A stretch of 64,000 nt of DNA. Origin: Bdellovibrionales bacterium. Its GTDB lineage: Bacteria; Bdellovibrionota; UBA1018; CAIMNF01. Both the position numbers and the translations under genes were made by a program. Numbering within the stretch: the first letter of the stretch is position 1; every line of letters begins with the position of its first letter. This document shows positions 21,006 through 35,302 of the stretch, in pieces. The stretch lies in assembly GCA_947502835.1 (NCBI GenBank), contig CANNBJ010000005.1:40429-104428 (forward strand), in the 5' to 3' direction. The notes below the pieces were generated by a model. The model was not told the DNA's origin. It did not search any database and saw only the letters and a list, made by a program, of their open reading frames with translations.

Positions 21006-22196
21006 ATGTCTAAGGAAAAATTTGAGCGGTCAAAACCGCATTGCAACATTGGAACAATCGGTCACGTCGACCACGGGAAGACAACTCTGACTTCTGCAAT
21101 CACCAAGGTGCTTGCAAAGGCAGGGAAGGCAAAAGCGATGGACTACGCTTCCATCGACAAATCCCCTGAAGAAAAAGAGCGCGGGATCACCATCAACACC
21201 ACTCACGTGGAATATGAAACCGACCAGCGTCACTATGCGCACGTTGACTGTCCCGGTCACGCCGACTACGTGAAGAACATGATCACCGGTGCTGCTCAGA
21301 TGGACGGCGCGATTCTCGTCGTTTCTGCTGCTGACGGCCCTATGCCTCAAACTCGCGAACACATCCTTCTTGCTCGTCAGGTGGGTGTTCCTGCGATCGT
21401 TGTGTTTTTGAACAAGTGCGACATGGTTGATGATGCAGAACTCGTTGACCTCGTGGAAATGGAAGTTCGTGAACTTCTCTCCAAGTACAATTTCCCTGGC
21501 GATAATATTCCAGTGGTTCGCGGTTCAGCGCTCAAGGCGTCTGAAGGCGATGCAGGCGAATTCGGCGAACCTTCCATCATGAAGCTCATGGAAGCTGTGG
21601 ACAAATACATTCCTCAGCCTGCACGGGTTCTTGATAAGCCGTTCCTGATGCCAGTCGAGGACGTGTTCTCGATTTCCGGTCGCGGTACCGTTGTGACCGG
21701 CCGTATCGAGCGCGGTGTTCTTAAGGTAGGCGATGAAATCGAAATCATCGGGATCCGCCCAACCACCAAGACCACCATCACTGGGATCGAAATGTTCCGT
21801 AAGCTTCTCGATTCAGGTGAAGCAGGAGACAACATCGGTGCACTTCTTCGCGGAACCAAGAAGGAAGAAGTTGAGCGTGGACAAGTTCTGGCGAAGCCAG
21901 GCTCTGTTACTCCTCACAAGAAATTCAAAGGCGCAGCGTACATTCTCACCAAAGAAGAAGGCGGACGTCACACTCCGTTCTTCAAAGGCTATCGCCCTCA
22001 GTTCTACTTCCGTACAACGGACGTGACTGGTGTCGTTACTCTTCCTGAGAACGTTGAAATGGTAATGCCTGGCGATAACATCTCCATGGAAGTTGAGCTC
22101 ATCACTCCAATCGCAATGGAGAAGGATCTTCGCTTCGCAATTCGTGAAGGCGGCCGTACCGTAGGTGCGGGCGTTGTTTCCGAGATCGTGGAATAA
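21006..22196 (+). CDS. tuf: Elongation factor Tu
   Basis: [52 protein letters not shown]. Confidence 0.99.
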   Translation: MSKEKFERSKPHCNIGTIGHVDHGKTTLTSAITKVLAKAGKAKAMDYASIDKSPEEKERGITINTTHVEYETDQRHYAHVDCPGHADYVKNMITGAAQMDGAILVVSAADGPMPQTREHILLARQVGVPAIVVFLNKCDMVDDAELVDLVEMEVRELLSKYNFPGDNIPVVRGSALKASEGDAGEFGEPSIMKLMEAVDKYIPQPARVLDKPFLMPVEDVFSISGRGTVVTGRIERGVLKVGDEIEIIGIRPTTKTTITGIEMFRKLLDSGEAGDNIGALLRGTKKEEVERGQVLAKPGSVTPHKKFKGAAYILTKEEGGRHTPFFKGYRPQFYFRTTDVTGVVTLPENVEMVMPGDNISMEVELITPIAMEKDLRFAIREGGRTVGAGVVSEIVE

Positions 22197-22206
22197 TTTC
22201 TTTCAA

Positions 22207-22242
22207 CGGGTGGCTCCGGGTTCCGGGGCCACCTGTTTTTTT
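22207..22242 (+). terminator. Rho-independent terminator-like hairpin after tuf
   Basis: GGTGGCTCCGG-gtt-CCGGGGCCACC followed by T-tract. Confidence 0.7.
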
Positions 22243-22271
22243 AAAGTTGGAGATTGGCTCCAAAAGTCCGG

Positions 22272-22347
22272 AGGCCGGTAGCTCCAATGGTAGAGCAACG
22301 GATTCCAAATCCGTGGGTTGTGGGTTCGAATCCCTCCCGGCCTGCCA
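22272..22347 (+). tRNA. tRNA-Trp(CCA)
   Basis: ACGGA-TT-CCA-AA-TCCGT, encoded CCA; canonical position before secE. Confidence 0.96.
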
Positions 22348-22394
22348 ATTATTGACAGGGTAACAAGACAAGAACAGGTCTACGAAAACAGGTC

Positions 22395-22769
22395 ATGGAA
22401 AACCAAAGACAAAAATGGGTTAACTTAGTTTTTACCGCACTTGCGATTCTCGTCGCAGGGGTTTCCTTTGTCGGGTTTTCGAAGCTTAGCGCGGTTTACA
22501 ATCTGGAGAGCACGATCAAGCAGATTGATCTGGTGATCCGCTTTGGATCCCTGCTGTTTGGTGCGGCCCTCGGTTTTGGCTTGTATCTCAATGACAAATC
22601 CAATGCGTTCATGAACGAGGTGGTTCTCGAGATGGTTCGGGTGACCTGGCCTGCAACCAAGGACACCACGAACGCCACGCTTTGGGTCGTGATTTTCGTA
22701 TTGATCGCCGGGGCAGTTCTCGGCGCATTTGATTCACTTTGGGCGTGGATCATCAAGATGGTTTTATAG
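22395..22769 (+). CDS. secE: Preprotein translocase subunit SecE (3-TM form)
   Basis: EVVLEMVRVTWP..TTNATLWVV motif; located before nusG. Confidence 0.9.
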   Translation: MENQRQKWVNLVFTALAILVAGVSFVGFSKLSAVYNLESTIKQIDLVIRFGSLLFGAALGFGLYLNDKSNAFMNEVVLEMVRVTWPATKDTTNATLWVVIFVLIAGAVLGAFDSLWAWIIKMVL

Positions 22770-22771
22770 AT

Positions 22772-23326
22772 ATGGAAAATGCACAGAATACAGCTCCGGA
22801 AATGGCCTGGTATGTGGTTCACACCTATTCCGGGTTTGAACACAAGGTGAAGCTTTCCCTTGAGGAGCGCTCAAAACAGCTTAAAAAAGAACAATTCTTC
22901 GGTGAAGTAGTGGTTCCCGAGGAGAATGTGGTCGAACTGGTCAAGGGCCAGAAGCGCACCACGAAACGCAGGTTTTTTCCGGGGTATATCCTCGTAAAAA
23001 TGATCCTGACCGATGAGACCTGGCACATCGTGAAGAACACGCCGAAAGTAACCGGATTTGTGGGCGACAAGCTGAAGCCCGTACCGGTTTCCGAGGCGGA
23101 GATCCAAAAGATGACCAACAGGATTGTCGAAGGTCAGGCAAAGCCCCGTCCGCGGGTTTCCTTTCAGGAAGGCGAAAACGTCAAGGTGGTGGATGGACCA
23201 TTCTCCAACTTCAATGGCGTGATCGAGGAAGTGAATCAGGACAAGGGCAAGGTTAAAGTATTGGTGAGCATCTTCGGGCGCTCAACACCGGTTGAACTTG
23301 ATTTTATTCAAGTTGAAAAAGTTTGA
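22772..23326 (+). CDS. nusG: Transcription termination/antitermination factor NusG
   Basis: WYVVHTYSGFE, FPGYILV, KOW domain, IFGRSTPVELDF. Confidence 0.98.
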   Translation: MENAQNTAPEMAWYVVHTYSGFEHKVKLSLEERSKQLKKEQFFGEVVVPEENVVELVKGQKRTTKRRFFPGYILVKMILTDETWHIVKNTPKVTGFVGDKLKPVPVSEAEIQKMTNRIVEGQAKPRPRVSFQEGENVKVVDGPFSNFNGVIEEVNQDKGKVKVLVSIFGRSTPVELDFIQVEKV

Positions 23327-23350
23327 TATTTCTGATAGGAAGTTACGCTT

Positions 23351-23776
23351 ATGGCAAAAAAGGTTACTGGACAAATTAAATTACAAATCCCTGGCGGAGC
23401 TGCGAACCCTGCGCCCCCGGTAGGCCCAGCACTCGGACAACGTGGTGTTAACATTATGGAATTCTGTAAGGCGTTCAATGCAAAGACCGCCGACCAGAAG
23501 GGCATGGTGATCCCAGTGATCATCACTGTTTATTCCGATCGTTCTTTCACTTTCATCACGAAGACCCCTCCTGCGGCGGTTCTTCTCTTGAAAGCTGCGA
23601 AGCTTGAAAAGGGATCCGGCGAGCCAAACCGCAAAAAGGTTGGTTCTGTGACCAAAAAACAAATTGAAGACATCGCAAAAATCAAGATGCCGGATTTGAA
23701 TGCGGCATCTGTTGAGACTGCGATGCACTCGATCGAAGGAACCGCAAAGAGCTGCGGTCTGACGGTACAGGGTTAA
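23351..23776 (+). CDS. rplK: 50S ribosomal protein L11
   Basis: [23 protein letters not shown]. Confidence 0.99.
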   Translation: MAKKVTGQIKLQIPGGAANPAPPVGPALGQRGVNIMEFCKAFNAKTADQKGMVIPVIITVYSDRSFTFITKTPPAAVLLLKAAKLEKGSGEPNRKKVGSVTKKQIEDIAKIKMPDLNAASVETAMHSIEGTAKSCGLTVQG

Positions 23777-23795
23777 CCCGTCCCGAGAGGGACTA

Positions 23796-23840
23796 TTTTT
23801 GGGAGCTACCGGTAAAGCCCGGGGCGTTTGCACCAAGGAG
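23796..23840 (+). promoter_or_regulatory. Putative L1 autoregulatory leader between rplK and rplA
   Basis: TTGGGAG...hairpin...GCACCAA directly before the rplA SD (AAGGAG); resembles the GGGAG/ACC L1-binding motif. Confidence 0.45.
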
Positions 23841-23846
23841 AATCGA

Positions 23847-24605
23847 ATGGCAAAAAAGAAGTCGGATGCTGCTGGCAAAGCAAGCACTCCAAAAGATCCA
23901 ATCACAAAGAAGTACGGGAAGCGCTATGCTGCGGCTGCCGCTCAGGTTGATGCAACCAAGATTTACGGCATCGATCAGGCGTTCGAGTTGCTCTGTACGC
24001 TGAGCTCGGCAAAGTTCGACGAAACCGTGGATGCTGCGTTCAGTCTCGGTGTTGATACCAAGCAGGGCGATCAGCAGGTTCGTGGAGCGGTTGTTCTTCC
24101 TCACGGAACCGGCAAGAAACTCAAGATCGCGGTTGTTGCAAAAGGTGAAAAGGCGAAAGAAGCCGAAGCCGCTGGTGCGGACATCGTGGGTGCGGATGAT
24201 TTAATCGAGAAAATTCAGGGTGGATTCCTTGATTTCGACAAGTTGATTGCAACTCCCGACATGATGGTGGCGATCTCCAAGGTCGGTAAGATCCTCGGAC
24301 CCCGCGACTTGATGCCAAACCCTAAACTCGGCACCGTGACGCTGGATGTTTCAAAGGCGATCAACGAGCAACGCAAAGGTAAAGTTGAATATCGTGCTGA
24401 AAAGGCGGGTATCGTTCACGTAAAGGTCGGCAAGAAGTCTTTCGGCGCACAAAAGCTGAAGGAAAACTTTCTTGCTGTGGCAGGAGCGGTGATGCGTTCC
24501 AAGCCGCCGACCAGCAAGGGAACCTATCTCAAGGCGATCACCATCGCTTCAACCATGAGTCCGGGAATCAAGCTCGATGTGGCAAGCGCCGCATCCGCAG
24601 GCTGA
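23847..24605 (+). CDS. rplA: 50S ribosomal protein L1
   Basis: [37 protein letters not shown]. Confidence 0.98.
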   Translation: MAKKKSDAAGKASTPKDPITKKYGKRYAAAAAQVDATKIYGIDQAFELLCTLSSAKFDETVDAAFSLGVDTKQGDQQVRGAVVLPHGTGKKLKIAVVAKGEKAKEAEAAGADIVGADDLIEKIQGGFLDFDKLIATPDMMVAISKVGKILGPRDLMPNPKLGTVTLDVSKAINEQRKGKVEYRAEKAGIVHVKVGKKSFGAQKLKENFLAVAGAVMRSKPPTSKGTYLKAITIASTMSPGIKLDVASAASAG

Positions 24606-24626
24606 TCGGAATAAGGAGAGATTCAC

Positions 24627-25145
24627 ATGGATCGCACAAATAAAGAGACACTCGCAGGCAGCCTTCGCGACAAGTTCGGAAAAGCGAACATCGCCCTGTT
24701 TGCGGATTACAAAGGTTTGAAGTCCACCGAAGCAGATGCTCTGCGCCGCGCGCTTCGCGCGAAGCAGGCTGAAGTGAAGGTGCTCAAAAACAACATCGGA
24801 CGTCTGGTCACCAAGGGTGGCGAGATGGGCGAGGATGCAAAAGGATTGATGGACCGTGTGGTGGGTCCTACCCTCGTTGCATTTGCGTACGGAGATCCTG
24901 CGGGAGCAGCAAAAGTGCTGAACGACTTCGCAAAGGATCACGAGGCGCTGAAAATCAAGGAAAGTCTGTTCGGGAAAAAGCTTCTTTCGCCCGCTGAGGT
25001 TTCTCAGCTTGCGGAACTTCCCTCCAGAGAAGTCCTTTTGTCGATGCTACTTTCGACCCTCAATGGGCCTATCCGTAGCTTCGTAACCGTGCTGGGTCAG
25101 CTCGAAAAGAAACGAACCGAACCAGCTCCGGCTGAAAACACCTAA
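24627..25145 (+). CDS. rplJ: 50S ribosomal protein L10
   Basis: DYKGL, KVLKNN, GPT, LAELPSREVLLSML; synteny. Confidence 0.95.
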   Translation: MDRTNKETLAGSLRDKFGKANIALFADYKGLKSTEADALRRALRAKQAEVKVLKNNIGRLVTKGGEMGEDAKGLMDRVVGPTLVAFAYGDPAGAAKVLNDFAKDHEALKIKESLFGKKLLSPAEVSQLAELPSREVLLSMLLSTLNGPIRSFVTVLGQLEKKRTEPAPAENT

Positions 25146-25172
25146 CCCCCTGATAAAGAAGAGGAATGCATT

Positions 25173-25553
25173 ATGTCTACCGTAACTAAAGAACAAGTAA
25201 TCACTTACATTGAAAACCTTTCCGTGATCGATCTTTCGAATCTCGTGAAGGAACTCGAGACCAAATTCGGCGTATCCGCTGCCCCTGTGGCTGTGGCAAT
25301 GGCCGGTGGCGCAGCAGGTGGCGCAGCAGCCGCTGCTGAGAAGACCGAGTTCGACGTGGTTCTCACCTCGGGTGGCGACAACAAGATCAACGTAATTAAA
25401 GAAGTTCGTGCGATCACCGGTCTCGGCTTGAAAGAAGCAAAAGACCTGGTCGAAGGCGCGCCAAAGCCTGTGAAGGAAGGCGTTGCCAAGAAAGACGCAG
25501 AAGAAATGAAGAAGAAGCTGGAAGCAGCTGGAGCGAAAGTAGAGCTCAAGTAA
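25173..25553 (+). CDS. rplL: 50S ribosomal protein L7/L12
   Basis: [38 protein letters not shown]. Confidence 0.99.
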   Translation: MSTVTKEQVITYIENLSVIDLSNLVKELETKFGVSAAPVAVAMAGGAAGGAAAAAEKTEFDVVLTSGGDNKINVIKEVRAITGLGLKEAKDLVEGAPKPVKEGVAKKDAEEMKKKLEAAGAKVELK

Positions 25554-25579
25554 TCGGGCTTGTTCCTCTTCAACCGATT

Positions 25580-25637
25580 CAATGGATAGGCGCAATCCGG
25601 AAAGAAGCCCGGTTTGTGCCTATCCTATTGTGTTTTT
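25580..25637 (+). terminator. Terminator/attenuator hairpin between rplL and rpoB
   Basis: GGATAGGCGCAA...TTGTGCCTATCC stem followed by TGTTTTT. Confidence 0.6.
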
Positions 25638-25846
25638 GACGATTAGAAGTTAGTTTCTGGGATTCGGATAAATCCCAAATTGCGATTCGAGCTTTGGCCA
25701 GTGCGGAATATGGCCTACCCAGATGCGGCAACCGGATGCGGCCGTGTTTCGGATGATGACCGGTGAGCGGTCTATCGAGTAGGCGAAAAAATTGTCCTGG
25801 TTGCAAACGAACAAAACAGTTTGTGTTTTTGGCTAAAGGAGAATTC

Positions 25847-28800
25847 ATGAGTGCACCATTCACTGAAGGGCAAAGGGTTAGGCGCGAGTTTTCAAAAATA
25901 AAGACTCCGCTTGAGATTCCAAATCTGATCGAGTTGCAGCGTCGGTCCTACGACAAATTCCTGCAAGCGGATGTTCCGGCCGACAAGCGCGCCAACATCG
26001 GGCTTCAAGCAGTTTTCAAGTCCATTTTTCCGATCGAGGATTTCGATAAAACCTCCGCACTCGAGTTCGAAAGCTACAATCTCGAGCAGCCGAAGTATGA
26101 CGTGCAAGAGTGCCGTCAGCGCGGGATGACCTTTGCCGCTCCGCTTAAGATTACGGTTCGTCTCGTGGTGTTCGATGTCGAGGAAGAAACCGGCAATCGC
26201 AACATCCGCGACATCAAGGAACAAGAAGTATATATGGGTGAAATCCCTCTCATGACCGAGAGCGGATCATTCATCATCAACGGCACCGAGCGCGTGATCG
26301 TAAGTCAGCTCCACCGTTCTCCGGGTGTGATTTTCACCCACGACCAGGGTAAAACCCACTCCTCTGGCAAGATTTTGTACTCAGCCCGCGTGATTCCGCA
26401 TCGCGGATCTTGGCTTGATTTTGAATTCGACCACAAAGACCTTCTGTACGCTCGTATCGACCGCAAGCGAAAGCTTCCTGCGACCACCTTGCTCAAGGCG
26501 CTCGGGTACTCGGTTCCCGAGATTCTGAACTTCTTCTACAAGATCGAGAAGATCCAGATCGAAGGCGAAGGCAAGTCTGCAAAGTTCTTCAAGATCGTCG
26601 ATCTCGAGATCCTCTCCGGGCAGCGCGCCGAAGAAGACATCATTGATCCGAAGACCAAGGAAGTGATCGTCCGCAAGAACCGCAAGTTCACCAAAGCAGT
26701 GCTCAAGAAGGTGGAAGAAGCGGGCATCAAGCGCCTCGAAGTTCCTGTTGAGGCCGTCATCGGGCGCGTGATCTCGGAAGACCTCGTCGACAACAAGACC
26801 GGCGAAGTTCTCTTTGAATCCAACGAAGAAATCACCGAAGCCAAGCTCAAGGACACCATGGCCCGCAAGGTGAAGGAATTGAAGGTAATCTACACCGACA
26901 ACCTCACCTACGGTCCATTCGTTCGCGAGACTCTTCTTGTTGACAAGATCAATACTCCCGATGAGGCCCTGATCGACATCTACAAGCGCATGCGTCCGGG
27001 TGATCCTCCGACCTTGGATGCTTCCAAGGTTCTGTTTGAGAATCTCTTCTTCAATACGGATCGCTATGACCTGTCCCTGGTTGGACGTCTGAAGCTCAAT
27101 TACAAGTTCCCTGAGAACAAAGAGAGCCGCGAGAGCACCACCCTCACCAAGGAAGACATTCTCAGCACTCTGTTCTACCTCTGCGAACTCAACAACGGCC
27201 GCGGAACGATCGATGATATCGATCACCTCGGAAACCGCCGTGTTCGTGCGGTGGGTGAATTGGTCGAGAACCAATTCCGCATCGGGCTTGTCCGGATGGA
27301 GCGCGCCGTTAAGGAACGCATGAGCATCCAGGAAATTGAGACGCTCATGCCGCATGACCTCATCAACCAAAAGCCGGTGTCGGCCGTGGTGAAGGAGTTC
27401 TTCGGTTCAAGTCAGCTCTCCCAGTTCATGGATCAGACCAACCCGCTCTCTGAAGTGACCCATAAGCGTCGTCTTTCGGCGCTCGGGCCCGGAGGCTTGA
27501 CCCGCGATCGCGCAGGGTTCGAAGTGCGCGACGTTCACAACACCCACTATGGCCGGATTTGTCCGATCGAGACCCCTGAAGGACCAAACATCGGTTTGAT
27601 CGCGTCTCTTTCGACTTTCGCCCGCGTGAACGAGTTCGGGTTCATTGAAACCCCGTACCGTGTGATCAAGGAGCGCAAGGTTTCAGAAGAGATCCAATTC
27701 TTCACTGCAACCGAAGAAGAAAACAAAGTCATCGCCCAGGCGAACCCTGAAGCCCTAGCCAAGAAGAAATTCGAAGGCGAAGTGGCTCCAGCACGTCGTA
27801 AGGGTGAATTCGCTCTCGTCAATCCTGACGATGTCGAGTTGATGGATGTTTCCTCCAATCAGCTCGTGTCGATTGCCGCATCCCTGATTCCGTTCCTCGA
27901 GCATGACGATGCGAACCGGGCCCTCATGGGTTCGAACATGCAACGTCAAGCGGTACCGCTTCTTCGCTCCAAGGCTCCGTTTGTCGGAACCGGAATTGAG
28001 CGTGTGGTTGCCCGCGATTCAGGCCATGTGATCACAGCAAAGCACGATGGCGATGTGATCATGGTGGACGGTGGCAAGATCGTGGTTCGCAGAACCGATG
28101 ATCTCGCCGAAGATGAGTCCGGAGTCGATATCTACAACCTTACCAAGTACATGCGTTCCAACCAGAACACCTGCGTGAATCAGCGTGCGGTGGTTCGCGT
28201 TGGTGACAAGGTTGCTGTCGGCGACGTGCTTGCGGATGGTCCTTCGACCGATGCAGGTGAATTGGCGCTGGGTCAGAACATGCTCGTGGCGTTCATGCCA
28301 TGGGGTGGATACAACTTCGAGGATTCGATCCTCATTTCCGAGCGCGTGATCAAGGATGACGTCTTCACTTCGGTTCACATCGAAGAGTACGAGTGCGTTG
28401 GTCGTGACACGAAACTCGGCAAGGAAGAAATCACCCGCGACATTCCAAACGTCGGCGAAGAGGCCCTGAAGGACCTCGACGAAAGCGGAATCATCCGGAT
28501 CGGTGCGGAAGTGAAGCCCGGCGACATCCTCGTCGGTAAGGTCACTCCAAAAGGCGAGACCCAGCTCTCTCCCGAGGAGAAGCTCCTTCGTGCGATCTTC
28601 GGCGAGAAGGCCGGAGATGTGCGTGATACCTCGCTTCGTGCTCCATCCGGAGTGTACGGAACCATCATCAATGCCCAGGTCTTCGCACGCGAAGGCACCG
28701 AGCTTGATGAGCGCTCCAAGCAGATCCTGGAAGAGCAGATCGCAAAGATCCGTCGCGACGAGAAGATCGAAATCGACGCAATCAAGCGCACGACCTACGA

Positions 28801-29989
28801 GCGCGTAGCGAAGGCCCTGAATGGCGCTGCAACTACCGGCAAGCTCCTCTCGGAAGACGGCTCGGAAGAGCTGCTCTCCAAGGGACAGAAGCTTGATCTT
28901 ACCACCCTCGAGAAGGTTCCTTTCGAGCTCATCGGCTTTATCCCTGTGAAGAGCGATCTTGAGCAGGAAGTCACGAACCTCGTGAAGGCTGCGAAGAATC
29001 GCGTGGAAGCGGTTCGTTTCGTATTCCGCGAGAAAACCGAAAAGCTCAAGCGCGGAGACGAACTTGCTCCGGGCGTGATCAAGATGGTGAAGGTCCAGAT
29101 CGCAATCAAGCGGAAGCTTCAGGTTGGTGACAAGATGGCCGGACGCCACGGGAACAAAGGGGTGATCTCCAGAATCATGCCACTCGAAGACATGCCGTTC
29201 ACGGCAGATGGTCGTCCGGTGGATATGGTTCTCAATCCACTCGGGGTTCCGTCGCGGATGAACATCGGGCAGCTTCTTGAGTTGACGCTTGGTTGGGCTG
29301 CAAAAGGCTTGGGCGACAAGCTCACGCACTACATGGAGCAGTACAAGCCGGACAATATCCGTAAGCTCTTGAAAGAGCTCTATTCGGACAAGTCCGTTCA
29401 CGATTATCTTGCGAAGGCCTCTGACGCGGATGTTGTGAAGATGGCTCGTCACCTGAAGGATGGCGTTCATTTTGCTTCGCCTGTGTTCGATGGCGCGTCC
29501 GAAGCGGACATCGAAAAGGTATTGAAACTTGCGGATCTTCCGACCCTCGGAAAGACCACACTGTATGACGGAGTCAGCGGCGAGCCGTTCGCCGAGGAAG
29601 TGACTGTCGGCGTGATGTACATCTTGAAACTTCACCACTTGGTGGAAGAGAAGATCCACGCACGAAGCATTGGTCCATACAGCTTGGTGACGCAGCAACC
29701 TCTCGGCGGGAAAGCCCAGTTCGGAGGTCAGCGTCTCGGGGAGATGGAAGTGTGGGCGCTCGAAGCTTATGGAGCAGCCCATGCCCTTCAGGAATTCTTG
29801 ACCGTGAAGTCGGATGACGTCACGGGCCGGAACCGGATGTATGAAGCGATTGTGAAAGGCGAGCAGCTCCTTGAGCCAGGCCTTCCGGAATCGTTCAACG
29901 TTCTGGTGAAGGAACTTCAGTCCCTCGCACTCAACGTGGAGTTGATCGAGGAAGAAGATAACAAAGAGTTGAAGGCAGACTTACTCTAA
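25847..29989 (+). CDS. rpoB: RNA polymerase beta subunit
   Basis: [67 protein letters not shown] before ATG 25847. Confidence 0.99.
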   Translation: MSAPFTEGQRVRREFSKIKTPLEIPNLIELQRRSYDKFLQADVPADKRANIGLQAVFKSIFPIEDFDKTSALEFESYNLEQPKYDVQECRQRGMTFAAPLKITVRLVVFDVEEETGNRNIRDIKEQEVYMGEIPLMTESGSFIINGTERVIVSQLHRSPGVIFTHDQGKTHSSGKILYSARVIPHRGSWLDFEFDHKDLLYARIDRKRKLPATTLLKALGYSVPEILNFFYKIEKIQIEGEGKSAKFFKIVDLEILSGQRAEEDIIDPKTKEVIVRKNRKFTKAVLKKVEEAGIKRLEVPVEAVIGRVISEDLVDNKTGEVLFESNEEITEAKLKDTMARKVKELKVIYTDNLTYGPFVRETLLVDKINTPDEALIDIYKRMRPGDPPTLDASKVLFENLFFNTDRYDLSLVGRLKLNYKFPENKESRESTTLTKEDILSTLFYLCELNNGRGTIDDIDHLGNRRVRAVGELVENQFRIGLVRMERAVKERMSIQEIETLMPHDLINQKPVSAVVKEFFGSSQLSQFMDQTNPLSEVTHKRRLSALGPGGLTRDRAGFEVRDVHNTHYGRICPIETPEGPNIGLIASLSTFARVNEFGFIETPYRVIKERKVSEEIQFFTATEEENKVIAQANPEALAKKKFEGEVAPARRKGEFALVNPDDVELMDVSSNQLVSIAASLIPFLEHDDANRALMGSNMQRQAVPLLRSKAPFVGTGIERVVARDSGHVITAKHDGDVIMVDGGKIVVRRTDDLAEDESGVDIYNLTKYMRSNQNTCVNQRAVVRVGDKVAVGDVLADGPSTDAGELALGQNMLVAFMPWGGYNFEDSILISERVIKDDVFTSVHIEEYECVGRDTKLGKEEITRDIPNVGEEALKDLDESGIIRIGAEVKPGDILVGKVTPKGETQLSPEEKLLRAIFGEKAGDVRDTSLRAPSGVYGTIINAQVFAREGTELDERSKQILEEQIAKIRRDEKIEIDAIKRTTYERVAKALNGAATTGKLLSEDGSEELLSKGQKLDLTTLEKVPFELIGFIPVKSDLEQEVTNLVKAAKNRVEAVRFVFREKTEKLKRGDELAPGVIKMVKVQIAIKRKLQVGDKMAGRHGNKGVISRIMPLEDMPFTADGRPVDMVLNPLGVPSRMNIGQLLELTLGWAAKGLGDKLTHYMEQYKPDNIRKLLKELYSDKSVHDYLAKASDADVVKMARHLKDGVHFASPVFDGASEADIEKVLKLADLPTLGKTTLYDGVSGEPFAEEVTVGVMYILKLHHLVEEKIHARSIGPYSLVTQQPLGGKAQFGGQRLGEMEVWALEAYGAAHALQEFLTVKSDDVTGRNRMYEAIVKGEQLLEPGLPESFNVLVKELQSLALNVELIEEEDNKELKADLL

Positions 29990-30046
29990 GGAAATCGGCG
30001 CGGGTCCCACAGGGGACCTGCGCCAAACAGTAAAGAGGGCAAGACG

Positions 30047-34189
<4,143 letters not shown>

Positions 34190-34224
34190 TGATTCCTGAA
34201 ATGGAATCCATCTAATGTTTCACT

Positions 34225-34256
34225 CCGGGTCTGTCCGATGGGCAGGCCCGGTTTTT
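34225..34256 (+). terminator. Rho-independent terminator after rpoC
   Basis: CCGGGTCTGTCC-gat-GGGCAGGCCCGG-TTTTT. Confidence 0.8.
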
Positions 34257-34259
34257 CGT

Positions 34260-34334
34260 GCGAGCATAGCTCAGCGGTAGAGCACTACCTTCACACGGTA
34301 GGGGTCACAGGTTCAAATCCTGTTGCTCGCACCA
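34260..34334 (+). tRNA. tRNA-Val(CAC)
   Basis: GCGAGCA/TGCTCGC acceptor stem, CTACC-TT-CAC-AC-GGTAG, CCA. Confidence 0.93.
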
Positions 34335-34372
34335 ATTCTCATCACAGCCTTGAAAAAGGCGTGATTCCCGGA

Positions 34373-34401
34373 TTGGCAAAAGCCGGATTTTAGAGTATCA
34401 C
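34373..34401 (+). promoter_or_regulatory. Putative sigma70 promoter for tRNA-Val(TAC)
   Basis: TTGGCA-N17-TATCAC, 19 nt before the tRNA. Confidence 0.4.
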
Positions 34402-34420
34402 TATCAAGTCATTTTCATCC

Positions 34421-34496
34421 GGGCGATTAGCTCAGTTGGTAGAGCAGGATGTTTACACCGTCAAGGTCGGGAGTTCGAGCCTCTCATCGCCCACCA
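34421..34496 (+). tRNA. tRNA-Val(TAC)
   Basis: GGGCGAT/ATCGCCC acceptor stem, anticodon loop TT-TAC-AC, TTCGAGC T-loop, CCA. Confidence 0.93.
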
Positions 34497-34618
34497 TCCT
34501 TCCGAATTTCCTTTTTTAGTTCATCTCGCATCGGTCTCACTCGCTCAAAGTATTCGTACATACATTTCGCTCGTTCGCCTTGCTCGATTTCCTAAAAAAG
34601 GAAATTGGGAAGGATGGT
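34493..34618. repeat. 126-bp palindromic element with 27-bp inverted arms starting at the tRNA ACCA end
   Basis: 34493-34519 ACCATCCTTCCGAATTTCCTTTTTTAG matches the reverse complement of 34592-34618 with one mismatch. Confidence 0.85.
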
Positions 34619-35130
34619 CGCTCGGTTGAGAGGCGAGAAGCGAGTGAGCGGCTGCGGACGAAGCACTGCTTCGGACGCAAGCAAATCATGCAGGATGCAT
34701 GATTGAGTGAGCGAGGTGGCTAGGCGGAGCCGAAGCGGGACGCGCAGGCGAGCGCTTAGCCGAGCCGATCGAATATCAGGCATCCTGCCTTTACACTTCC
34801 ATTCGCCATCCATGGCTGAAGTGAATGCGCGAAGGGGGCCTTTGTCTTTGCCTGCTCAAGTCAGGATCTGCGGTAGGGAATTTAGGGTGTCGATGAACCG
34901 AGTCTTTATGGGGGAGGGGGATTCTGGTGGGCGATGAGAGGCGAGAAGTGAATTTTACGGCCGCGGTGAGCATGAGTAAAAGTCATGTTCACCACGGCAA
35001 GTTCGTGCAGGATGCACGACTTAGTAAAAGAGGTGGCTAGGCGGAGCGGGACGCGGAGGCGAGCGCTTAGCCGAGCCTCATGCATCCATGGCTGAAGTGT
35101 GTGCTGCCCGGGGCAGGGCGGAGCACTTCA
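34615..35130 (+). repeat. Two diverged copies of a structured tRNA-linked repeat (34615-34823 and 34925-35099)
   Basis: Shared blocks TGAGAGGCGAGAAG, TGCAGGATGCA, GAGGTGGCTAGGCGGAGC, GCGGGACGCG, AGGCGAGCGCTTAGCCGAGCC, CATCCATGGCTGAAGTG. Confidence 0.85.
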
Positions 35131-35302
35131 CCTCGTTAGTGCATCAGTGTTTTGACTAGAATCGGAATGCCTTGGCTATTTTATCTTCCATTCAGCTACT
35201 TGGAGGGTGATCCATTACCTCATCATTTAAGGCCTCACCAGGTTAGGCCGCGTGTCCAAAGCGACACAGCTTTTCTTTGAAGCAGCATGACATTAAACTA
35301 TA

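Noticed and set aside
28019..29782. 587-aa minus-strand ORF in rpoB, and similar ORFs in rpoB and rpoC
   Set aside because: Codon-bias antisense shadows typical of highly expressed genes.
34592..34973. Short ORFs in the repeat region
   Set aside because: Arg/Ser-rich translations of palindromic DNA with no coding signals.
34615..35130. Possible CRISPR array, RNase P RNA, tmRNA or SRP RNA
   Set aside because: Only two long diverged units, no regular repeat-spacer period, no cas genes, and no diagnostic motifs (such as GAGGAAAGTCC) recognised.
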